Source: Azolla caroliniana (taxonomy: Eukaryota > Plantae > Polypodiophyta). From it: a DNA stretch of 64,000 nucleotides. Within the stretch, counting starts at the first letter, position 1. Every line of letters starts with the position of its first letter. The notes below the pieces were generated by a model, which made no database searches, was not told where the DNA came from, and saw only the letters and a list, made by a program, of their open reading frames with translations. A program made the translations under genes and the position numbers. Positions 37,728 through 49,562 of this stretch are shown one piece after another. The stretch is taken from the NCBI GenBank assembly GCA_043228905.1, contig JBHGNT010000016.1, forward strand, positions 15,872,001 through 15,936,000. The letters are read 5' to 3'.

Positions 37728-40700
37728 CGGAAAATGTCATTTGCCATATGTTGAAACACGGTGGGAGCATTTGTGAGCCCAAAAGGCATGACTGTATACT
37801 CGAAATGGCCATACCGAGTGCGAAATGCAGTCTTCCACTCATCTCCCGGTCGAATACAGACAAGATTATATGCACCCCTTAGATTAATCTTGGTAAAATT
37901 GTTTGCCCCACCAATGTGCTCTAAAAGACTAGAAATTAAAGGTAGAGCATACCTATTTCTTATTGTGACTTTATTTAATCCACGATAATCCACGACCAAA
38001 CGACGTGAGCCGTCTTTTTTCTTCATGAAAAAGATAGGAGCACTAGCTAGAGACTTTGAGTGTCGAATAAATCCACTTACAAGATTCTCGCCAATGTATG
38101 CTCGAAGAACCTCAAGCTCCATTGGTGACAGATTGTAGATCGGACCCCATGGTGGCTCTTTTCCTGGTTGTAGATCAATGGGACAATCGTATGGCCGATG
38201 CTTTGGAAGTACACTAGCTTTGACTTTGTAGAAGACATCAGCTTAATCTTGATACTCTTTAGGAATGTAGCCCTTGGACTTCCCTTGAGTGTCACTAGAA
38301 GGTGCAACTGATATGGCAAATAATAATAAATCTTCTTTTGCTCCTTCTTGGCCTAATTGTTGGAGGGTGATGGTTGAAATATGATGGAGAGGAACAACAT
38401 GTTTGGTAGAGGGTGAATTGATAACACTATGTTTTTTAAGGGGAGGATCTTGGGTTCGACCCTTGACTACTATGTTTCCTTTTGAAGGGCACCTAATTTC
38501 TCGTCGTCTCCAATCAATTATTGGGTTGTGTAGCTCGAACCATGGCAAACCAAGGACTATTGGATGCTCAGGGCTACGGATTATATTAAAGGAAACTACA
38601 CATCCTAAATCACCTAAGAGTATGTGTATCGGCTCAGACTCCTCAAATATCTTTCCAGAAGCTATGGGACGACCATCAATCACTTCTACGGAAACTAGGC
38701 AAGGAAGTTTATGCAAGGGTATTTGATGTTTTCGGGCAAAATCTCTATCCATGAAACAAGAATTGGCTCCGGTATCTAAGAGAGCTGGGACATGAAGTTG
38801 ACAACCTGGTGTCCTAACTTGTACTTGGGTTGAGAAAACTCTACTAACATGCTTGGAAGAGATGGAACCCACACTAGGTTGTACAGATCTAGGACTGTCC
38901 AACCAAATGGCTCCGATTTTGGCCTGACTTATTCGTTTGACTCCTCCTCTAATTGGCTTAGGACCTCAAACATATTGGATAGAGTTGGATAACTAGAAAC
39001 ACTAGTGGGCATAGTTTCAACCATGCTAGACTCATTTCTATTATCATAGTTAATGTGATGTACCTGGCGTCGCAGTCTATGCGGGCAGTGAATGGCAATA
39101 TGTCCTGGACCTCCACAATATAAGCATAGTCGATTTGCTCGACAATGTTGTTTCTCTTCATCCGATAGAGGTCCTCGTCGTCGGGTCATATCAATCTCCA
39201 TTGGTGTCGGGCTATCCATTGGTGTTGGTCTACATGCTTGCCGTGGAGTTGGGACAGGGCTATATTGTTGCCTTGGAGATTGTGTCGTCACTGATGCATA
39301 AGTTGGCGTAAATCTTGATCTTGTTTGTTGTTGTTGTCGCTCAGACCGACGCTCAAAAAGCCTAAAGGAAGGTAAGACCTAAATCTTTTACATCTCCACG
39401 GAGGCTCGAATGAAACTACTCCATTAGGGCTTGTTCGTCCCAAGGAATATCACTTGCAATGAGACAAAATTTGGCTGCATACGTTGATGCTGGTTGATCC
39501 CCTTGCCGAAGTGTGCGAATCTTGTTGATTGCCGTTCTTACACTATCTGTGTTTCCAAAGCAAGCCTTAAACTCTTTGATAAATTCTTCAAAGTTGTTGA
39601 GTAGGGGAGAATTTGCTTCTAGCAATGGAGCAAACCATGACAATGTCGTGCTAGTCAATAAAGTGCCCACTAACCCGACTCAAGATGAATCCGTCGGATA
39701 ACGCGTGGAATGCATTTGAATTACCAACCACACTTGATTTATAAAACCCCAAAAATGTGCCCTAGAAACATCGAATTTAGTTGGGAGGCTGATTTTGGGC
39801 TCCTTAAGAACTCCTTGATCGTCGCCTTTTAGTTGTTGTAAAGCTATTATTGCTGACTCTAGTTGTTGAACCCTTTGTGTAAACTCATCGTGTATTTGTT
39901 GCTTCTCTACAAAAACCTTATGTAAATCTTCAAGCAATCGTTGATTCTCTAGGTCTAGTGATGCAATCTTGCTTTTGCGATTCTCCATTTCTATAACAAG
40001 GGTGAGGAATTCTTGTGGGTTGCTAGTAGCCATGGGTACTTACTAGTGTTTGTAGAAGAGGGTAAAGGAGAAAAATTCGAATCAAACTGTCAGAACAAAG
40101 AAAGAGATTAAACGATTGAAGGAAGGTATAAAAGAATAGAAGAAGAGAGAAGAATGGATTGATAAGAGAAGAGTGAGTTTATTAGAATAGAATGATTACA
40201 AGGATGAGTTGGATACAAGGTGGGCTTGGAGCTAAAGACTGGTGTTGATTCGAATTGATTTGAGGATACATGTATGCCCTTATTTATAGGTTCCTATAGA
40301 ATAGCTTAGAGATATCTAGAATGTTCTAGAATGCTCTAGGACATTCTAGAATGATCTAGAGTTTTTACAATAATCAATGTAATATAGAAAGTAGCATTTA
40401 TCTTTTCATATGATAATAAGCTATCTTAATGGTTGAGGTTTTCAACTATGGATTACAAGGTTTGAGGTTCAAGTTCGGGTGATGCCATAATGGTCATGAA
40501 CATGTTCATGACACAGTCTTGGGTTCAAGTCCAGGTGAAGCTAACAATGTAGTCCTCTTGGTAGTTTTGGAAAGCTAACAAACACAAGTGATGTAATGGG
40601 TATGCCTAGCTTTGGGACATACATCACCACCTCAACACTCGACAACATCCCGACATGGCTTGCTTGGGTACTATTGATGGAAAGTGGTGACCAAGTCTAG

Positions 40701-42011
40701 TATGTTAGGGAAATTGATTGTAGGGTTCCCTGTGCAATCCGAGTCGGGGTAGCACAACCACTCAAACTCTGCAATTGGTTTTAGTAGTGATGCACATCAA
40801 ATATGTTCTCCACTCTGTCCTCTTCGTGGTAGCCAACTTCCACATATGGAGTGGTAGCCAAGTGTGACTAGGAAAATGAAAAATGTCACAAGTTCTAGTA
40901 GGGATATGTGGAAGATAGGGTGCAACATGTTGGGAAACAACTCAAATTCATAATCCACAAGGTCGATGACGTTGTCATGTTGCTAATGGCACTAAATGTG
41001 AAACCACCTCCCAAGTAAGCATGATATATATTTAGAAAATTAATTTTGTGCAAAAACCATAGGGTAAGACCATTATTTTGTGCATGAATAGACCAAGGTT
41101 TTCCATACATAAAAACGATGGAAAGAATATTGAATCTAGAAGATTCCATTCTGGGAACAAGCAATATATGAATGTCCCATTTGAATGTAAGAGATCTAAG
41201 GGCCACACTTCCTTAAGAGTACACATGATTGTGTGCAACTCAACTGCTTCAAAAATAGCGCACCTTCTGTTAAGGCTCAGACGATGTTTGATGCCCAAGA
41301 TGGCACCGTGTCGATTTTGAACAAGGCTACGTTGGGTGTTTCGTCGTCGACCCTTGTACCTTCCTCTTCATTTGGCATTTGCGAGAAATGGTCTTTACCT
41401 TTCCGTACCACCACCTTGAAATTGAACCTGAGGAGAGTCATGATCAAAGGGGCATCATGGTATATAAACATGACATATTGTATTGTTAGAACGCTTCCTG
41501 TTCAATGCAGTTTTCGGAGAATCTTGTGGTTCACAGTATTATATATTTTCCTCTTATAACAAAAAATATATCCATTTTCTCTCTCTCAACAAAAAAATAT
41601 AAACATATCTTTTGCATAGGTGAACCAAACCCCTCTCCCTTTTGTACACTTCTTTCTCACTTACCTCATATTCAAAACCTATCTTATTGAGGATAGACCA
41701 CACTTATATGGAGTTATTTTGGCTAATGTACAATTACTCAATATTTGGTTTAAATATTGGTTGGATTTCATTGTTTGTGTCTCCCTTTCTATGTTTCCAT
41801 TGGATACTCATTCAAAACTCAAAAGATGTACACGCCATTTATATTGAAAGATGGAAACAAGTTGATATTTAAACTAAAAGATACACTTATATTGGAAGGC
41901 ACAAGATAGTTTTGGATGCAAATGCTTTCCACAAGATGAAGGAGATTCAGTCTAATGTTTCTTAGGTTGTGCAAACTAGAAAAGCACTTTTAATCCATGG
42001 ATTATTATTAC

Positions 42012-42403
42012 TGTTAATAACTAGGTAATTAAGCAAGGGTTAATTAACGTCTAATTATGTGAGTAGTTAAGAAACGGAAGATTATGTGATCTGTGTGTGT
42101 ATGTGTCCGAGGGGAAGAGAGAGAGGAAGTTACGCTTATTAAGAATAATATAAATGGGGGATGATTAACAAGAGTGTATATTAAAAAGCATCATCATCAA
42201 GTTACAAAAATACCCACAATGAGGTATATATACAACTCATGTGCAAGGGTGCACATGTGTGAGTAGAGTATAGGTATAAGGATGTAAGTGCTATATTAAA
42301 TATACTTGGTAGTGGAAATACACTAACTAGATTCTATCTAGGTAACTACTAAGTTAGGTGGTTAACTAAATGGCTAAACTAAGTTGAGCATGATATCTCA
42401 ACA
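42012..42403. mobile_element. Solo LTR
   Basis: TGTTA..TCAACA ends, TSD ATTAC. Confidence 0.8.
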
Positions 42404-42678
42404 ATTACATATGAGGAAGTCATCGTGAGTTTTGTTGAAAAGTCCATGAGAACAAGTGTTACTTCTTATTTCTTTTTATATGTAACGTCACTAAGCTCGA
42501 GTGAGTCTATGTATTCATCGGAGGTGGAAATTTCCATATAATTATACGGTACTTTTACCACTTGAAAACGATTTCCTCAACTTGCTCATCATCGTGGAGG
42601 TGCTTAGTGCTTTTGTATTTCCAAGGCTCTCCAGTGAGGGACCATTGATGCTTGTATTGCTCTAGCTCTAGCTCTTCT

Positions 42679-43482
42679 TGAAATGATTTACACTCAGACG
42701 TAAACAACAAAAATCAAGAAACACATGATTTACGTGGAAAATCCCAAATCAGGGAAAAAACCATAGGTGCCCTTCGGTCACCAAAACTTCACTATAATCA
42801 GAGAGGATACAACTAGGTAGCAAGAGCTCCCCTTAGCTCACTCTAGGAATCATCAAGAGCTTTGATAATACCATTATACCACCACCTTGATGAAAAACAG
42901 CACTTACAAAGAGAAACAAGAAGAGGGTATGGAACGACTAAACCTGCGTAGGTGATGGTGTTGCTTGAACTCTTGAGCGTCTGAAACTACAGCTACGGTT
43001 TCGACAGGCCACAACCACAAACACCTTTTGTCTCTCCCTCTATTTTCTTTCTATTCACTCATACACTCTCTGTCTCTCACTCTTTTCTCCTGTAACTCAC
43101 ACTCTCCGTGTTTCTCTGCCTCCTCTCACACAGCCCCTACAGTGTCCCTCTAACACAACCCACGCTATCAGAGCTCTCACACTCTCTCAGTGCTTCTCTG
43201 CTTTGCGCTCTCTCTATTCTCTCTTCTTCTCACGCGCTCACTATTCACTCTGTTCTTCTTTCGCACAGGTAATAATCTTACACATAAAACCTAATTACTA
43301 TGTATATATATATATATATATGTATTCGACCATTCAGTCGACTCTCATTTGGTCGATTTCGACCAGACGACTCTCGTTCGGCTTCTCGGCCGATTTCGGC
43401 TAGCCGACTCTCATTCGGCCTCTCGGCTGATTTTCGGCTTTTGAGCAGTCTCCCCCATCAGGAGGGCCAGGCTTCCATAACA
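42679..43482 (-). mobile_element. Solo LTR
   Basis: TG..CA ends, TSD CTTCT; shares the GTGGAAAA..CCC..GGGAAAAA..CCA motif with 12783-13345. Confidence 0.85.
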
Positions 43483-43598
43483 CTTCTAGCCCATCCTTCC
43501 TTATCTTTTCACTAGGAAAGAGCTCCATCTATTGTTAATAATCAATGGGAGCATGGGGTAGGACATCTACTTTCCCTTCGAGCATCTGCACCACACTA

Positions 43599-46500
43599 TA
43601 TAGAAGAACAGAGACAGGGAGATAGAGAAGGGGAAGAGAGAAGGGAAGAAGGATAACTTCTTTATTTCTAATTTTTGTTGTTCTTCTCTCTCAATTGAGA
43701 AAGGCGTGTGCTGTTTTCATATAGGCTACATGTGCCTATTCATGTGACTCTTCATATAAGGAGTCGTAACTGTTTATTTTATTTAGTTTACAATTTTATT
43801 GTTTTCCTTATTTTCTAACACTCCTCCCTAAGGAAAATAATCAAAATTCCAAGCTTTTATCTTCGGTTTTTGTATGATTGAGTAGTCCGATATTTTTGCA
43901 ACATTGTAGATGTTTATGACTTGCTACTGGCTTTGTTAGGAAATCTGCCCACATCAAAGTTGATGGCATAAACTTTATGTTGATCTTCTTTTCTTCAATC
44001 ATGTCTCTTAAGAAATGGTGCTTGAAAGATATGTGACGTATGTTGTCGCTAATTCTTGGGTTGCTTGCCAATTTTAAGCATGATTGATTGTCGCAGTAGA
44101 TTTCTATTGGTTTCTCTTCAGCAAAATTTATTTCTTCTAATATGGCCTTTAGCCAAATTCCTTCTTTTGCAGCTAGGGTAGCAGCAACATATTCGGCTTC
44201 TGTCGAAGATAGTGAAACCGTAGCTTGTTTTTTCGATCTCCACGCAATCGCTCCTCCGGCAAAAGTGTAGACGTAGCCACTTGTGGATTTTCGGTCATCC
44301 ATATCTCCTCCCCAGTCGGCGTCGGTCCATCCATGAAGAGCAGTTGAGGGGTTTGCCCATCCACACAATTTTGGTTGGATCGACTCCGAATGCATGGATT
44401 GAAAAGTAAGACACAAGTGTTTAGTATGTTTAAGATATCTAAGAATTCTCTTAAGTGCTTGCCAATGTTTGGGGCCAGGGTTCGTCATAAAGCGTGATAG
44501 TAATCCTGTACTAAAACATAAATCTGGTCTCGTGCTACTAACTAGATATCGTATGGAGCCTATTACTTGTCTATAGGGAATGTTTTCCATTTCAGTTTCT
44601 TCTATGATTGATTTTGGGCTATCTTCAATGGACAACTTAAGTGCGGTAGGAAGTGGGGTAGATATGGGTTTGCAATGTTCCATGTTAAAACGCTTTAGAA
44701 TATTATCAATGTATCGAGATTGTGAGAGTGATATTTGTCCTAGACTTGTATTTCTCTTTACTTCTATTCCTAGAAAATAGGTCATGGGTCCAAGATCTGT
44801 GATAGGAAAAACTGTTTTCAACTCTTGTTTACAAAAACTTAAATAAGATAGAGAATTTGATAGTAAAGGAAAATCATCTACATATACTCCTAATATGATG
44901 AAGTTGGATGCTGATTTTCTAAGATAGATGTTAGGTTCACTTTTCAGTCTACTGTAGCCACATTTTATTAAAAAGGTGTGGAGACGATAGTACCAGGCTC
45001 AAGGTGATTGTCGTAGGCCGTAGATGGACTTCCGAAGTTTGCAAACGTGTGTTGGAAATTGTGTATTTTGAAAATAGGGGGGTTGCGCCATATAGACTTC
45101 TTCTTCGAGGTCACCATGTAGAAACGCGGTTTGAACGTCCAAGTGATGAAGCTCAAGTTTTTGAGCCGCAGCAATGGCCACAAGTAGTCAAAAGGATGTT
45201 ATTTGTAGTGTGGGACTGAAAGTATCTGTGAAGTCTATTCCGGGTACTTGTGTGAAACCTCTAGCAACTAGTCTTGCTTTGAAACGAATGGGTTGTCCCT
45301 GGGGGTCATACTTTATTCGGAGTACCCACTTGCAAGTGATAATCTTACGGTCGGTGGGTTTTTTCACTAGGTCCCATGTTTTATTTTTGTTAAGGGAATG
45401 CATTTCATCTTTCATTGCATTTATCCAATGATCTGCATTTTGGCTTTGAAGTGCTTCTTCGACATTGGTGGGCTCTTCGAAATCGGTATGTGGACTGTCT
45501 TCATCACGGTTGGATGTATGCCCCGTGTCAAGATCGCTAAAATGACACTCTAGTTCGTCTAATTCTCGGTAGATGTCCGATAGTTTTCTAAGGCGTCTAG
45601 GAGGTGTAGTGTCGATGTTAGAGATGGGCAAGTGTTTAGTTTGTGAGGTTTTTGGAGAGTTGAAATTGTTCATAACAGATGGGTGCCCAATGTTTGAGTG
45701 CTCAGTTCTGTTATGGGAACTGAGTGAGGGGTGAGGGCTCGGTGACGTGATCTTCAATTTCCGGCTGTGTAAGTCAGCAGTGGACAGTTCAGGAAAGTCG
45801 CGATGGTCTGTTTGTGGCGATCGCATGAGGCCGTGACTGTCCTTTTCATTCTCGTCGGAAGACATGGTTCTGTAGGTGGTAGAGGACGAAGCCTGATCGG
45901 TGATGTGTAAGGGCGCCATTGGGTGGGGATGGAGGGAGCGAGCTTGCTCAGCCCATTGTAATGAAGCGTTGTGGACAGGTCGCTTTGCCGAGGTAAGTTT
46001 CTGATATTTGTACACATGGTTGTTGTCTTCACACAAAGGGGAAGATTGTGCATCATGTGATGAGTTTATTTGGGTGTCCAAATATGTGGAGTCGTATTCG
46101 TCGTCAGAAGAATGATAGTGTGAGGGTGCCGTGAGGCTGAGGGAAACTGAGGATGGTGTAGCGGTTGTGCTGGAGGGGCCGTGGTTTGGATCATGTAGAG
46201 AGTGTTCGTCAAGTTGTAGTGGCCACGAAATGACATTACCTTGATGGTGTTTATCAGTTTCTATGTTTGTTACGGAATTGTTAGGACTCTTATGTTTTTG
46301 AAGAATGTTATCTTCATCAAATAGGACGCTCCTATTGAAGAAAAATGTGTTTGTGTCAGGGTTATATAGGCGAAAAGCTTTATAACCGTGGGCGTCGCCG
46401 TAGCCGACAAAGATTGCTTTCTTGGCTTTTGTGTCAAGTTTCTTTCTTTTGGTGTCTGGTATGTGAGCGAATGCAGGACAACCAAATATTTTCAGATTTT

Positions 46501-48966
46501 GGAGGTGTGGTTTATATCCATACCAGAGTTCAAATGGAGTGAGGAAACCTAGGGAGTGATGGTAGATTCGATTTTGGATATAGCAAGCTGTTGCAATGGC
46601 TTCTTCCCAGAATTTCGATTCTAGTTTTGCAGCATGTAGCATGCTACGAGCAGCATTTAACAAGCTTCTATTTTTTCTTTCTGCAGTGCCGTTTTGTTGA
46701 GGTGTGTGTGGCACGGACCTCCGATGGTGGATTCCTTCTTATTTGCAAAAATTTATGAACTCCTTTGAGTAGTATTCCCCTCCTCCATCGGTTTGTAGGG
46801 ATTTTAGTTTGTGGTTAGTTAGATTTTCAGCGAGGTGAAGGTAATTTTTGAATGCAGATAGAGCTTGATTTTTTGTTTTTAAGAAAGTAATAACGGTGAA
46901 TTTACTATAGTCGTCTATAAAGCTTATGAAGTATACTGATCCACTAATTGATTTTGTAGGAAACGGGCCACAAAGATCGCTATGGACAAGTTGTAGGGGT
47001 TGACTACTTGTGGTTTGTCGGCGTGGAAAAGGATGTTGGGGCATTTTTCCAAGAATGCACCCTTCACAGATTTTCAAGTTTGTGAGGTGGGCTTTTGGAA
47101 GGCCTAGTGCCATATTATGAAATTGCATATTTTTTATGGCTTGTAGGTGAGTGTGTGCGAGTCGATGGTGCCACAAATTTGTTAAAGTGGATTGTTCATT
47201 TGTTGATGTATAGTGTGCTTCTAATGTGATGGTTGTGGGTGTGCATGGGATGCGATAGAGTCCGTCATCTAGATGTTTACAGATGTATTTAGTTATCTGT
47301 TCATCTAGGGTTTTATGCTTAATTTGTGCATATGTTTCTTCGAACTTTATGGAGGTACCATTTTTGGTTGCTTGACAGACGGATAGTAGGTTTTTTGTGA
47401 TTCCAGGAACAAAATAAACATTGTCTACTATAAGAACTTGGTTGTTTTCCAAGTAGAGGTTTACGTCTCCTTTTCCTAAAGCATTTAGCCTACCATTATT
47501 ACCGAATACAACGGGGATTGGTGATGGTAAAGGGTTATAATTTTTGATGGATTGTCTACTATTTGTCATGTGATGAGTGGCACCGGTGTTGTCAGATTTC
47601 GGTTTTGTATTGATTCCTGCTGTTAAAGCTTCGGCAAGGAATGCTTGCATGAGGTCATCATAACTGTCGTCAATTTTTTCATTGTTTGTTTCAGTTGGGT
47701 ATGATTCGTCTTCTGAAATTTCTTCAGCTAAGTGGGCTTCTACTCGAGGTCTAGATCTTTGATATGGTTGTTTAATTCTGGTTTGTCTAAACCTACATTG
47801 ATTGTTTGTATGTCCAGATTTTTTTGCAGATGGTGCAGAAAATTTGTGAGAACCTAAGGCCTCCGGTTTGTGGTCTAAAATTATCTGGGTAGTATCTAGG
47901 CTTGTATTCCGTTCTTTGATTTTGAGAGGGTTGTTTGCTACGGTATGCTATCATTGCTAATGTGTGTTGTGTTTGTTCCGGTCGGCGTGCCTTTTTCATT
48001 GCCTCTTCTTGTCTTATACAGTTTATGAGGTCTATGAGAGTTGTGTTTGTGTTGGAATTTTGGGTGGTTACGAAAGTGCTCCATGATGGTGGCAATGCAC
48101 CTAATAGGAGAAGTCTTTGTAACTTTGGCTCTATTTCAACTCCAGACGTTAGACAGTCGTCTAGTTTGCGTTTCCATGAGTTTATAAATGCACACATATC
48201 CTCTTCTTCTTGCATTTTTAAAATTACTAGTGAGTTTAGAGTCATGACCTGATTTCCGTCCGTAGTTGGTTCGAATTCGTTTTTCAAGTCGATCCACATG
48301 GCGTTTGCAGTGCAGCAATTTCTGATCACGTCGGCCTGCTGGTCCTCCAGATTTGACATAATTTCTAGCTTTGCTGCTAGATCTTTTTCTTCCCACGCAA
48401 CATAGTTCGAGTCTGTTGTTGTGGGTTGTGTCTCTTTGCCCTCAACAACTGCCCATAATTTTAGTTGTTTGAATATGAGGGTCATTTTGCTACTCCAAAC
48501 TCTGTAGTTGGTACTATTCAATTTGCTAATTGTTGTTTTTCTGTATAGAAGGTTTTGAGAAGATGTGGATGATGAAGGAGATATTGAAGGAGTTGCCTCA
48601 GCCATGGTTGAATAAGAGAAATTCAGAACCAAGAATGCGCAGGTCTTTTAAAAAAGGTTAGAATCTTGGCCTACAGAGTGATTTTCTTTATTCTGTTTGT
48701 TGTTTTCCTATAATTTTAGTGTATGGAACCTTGCTCTGATACCATATAGAAGAACAGAGACAGGGAGATAGAGAAGGGGAAGAGAGAAGGGAAGAAGGAT
48801 AACTTCTTTATTTCTAATTTTTGTTGTTCTTCTCTCTCAATTGAGAAAGGCGTGTGTTGTTTTCATATAGGCTACATGTGCCTATTCATGTGACTCTTCA
48901 TATAAGGAGTCGTAACTGTTTATTTTATTTATTTTACAATTTTATTGTTTTCCTTATTTTCTAACA
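43599..48966 (-). mobile_element. Full-length Ty1/copia element with 222-bp LTRs (43599-43820, 48745-48966)
   Basis: TSD CACTA; tRNA-iMet PBS 48733-48744; PPT 43821-43829; gag/PR/IN/RT/RH with several stops; LTRs differ at about 2 sites. Confidence 0.96.
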
Positions 48967-49562
48967 CACTACTCATGCTTGGCCCGTTCTTTGGATTGGT
49001 TTGCACACAACATGGCTACCTCCACCATCCTCAATGCTGTCCCTCAAGGCTTGCTCCTCATCATATATCTTCGCACTCATGATTTGTTAACGAATCAACA
49101 GATCATAGAACCAATACAACACATAATTAACTCTCTCTCTCTCACACAATCTCAGTCTTTCAATTGTGGAGTTTTGAGTTGGACATCACTTGTTTAGGGA
49201 ATTTGTCGGATGAAAAGAAATGTTGTTACATCACACCTCAACAAAACAATGCGGGCAGATTTGTTAACAAATCAATAGATCATAGAATCAATACAAAATA
49301 TAGTTAATTCTCTCTCTCTTGTTTATTTCTCACATATTGGAACAAGCATTTTACAATTATTATTACACGTGACAAATCCATGGCTATCACATATTGTTTA
49401 GGAATCCATGAATGTTGTTGAATAGTCCATGATAATCACATGTTTTGCGTAGTTTTTCCATATGTATGATCCCTGAGCTCAACTGAGTCGATGTATACCT
49501 CAGACGTGGACATTTCCATATATTTATATGATGTATTGCCATTCAAAATCGATTTCCTCGAC

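Larger units (their letters stand above)
32265..40545 (-). mobile_element. Degenerate Ty3/gypsy chromovirus with nested insertions; 5' LTR 40088-40513, truncated 3' LTR ending 32350
   Basis: gag (CLYCGGPGHIAIHC), PR (ALLDTGA), RT (YLDD), RH, IN (HCHD..GHFG..CDTC), chromodomain; PPT 32351-32364. Confidence 0.92.
41990..49077 (-). pseudogene. 3' remnant of a paralog of the lectin receptor kinase, split by two solo LTRs and a copia element
   Basis: 42430-42678, 43483-43598 and 48967-49077 align in order to ~49420-49860 (3' UTR and kinase C-terminus). Confidence 0.8.

Noticed and set aside
40550-41480. Short ORFs and integrase-like remnants
   Set aside because: Too degraded to assign; probably old gypsy debris
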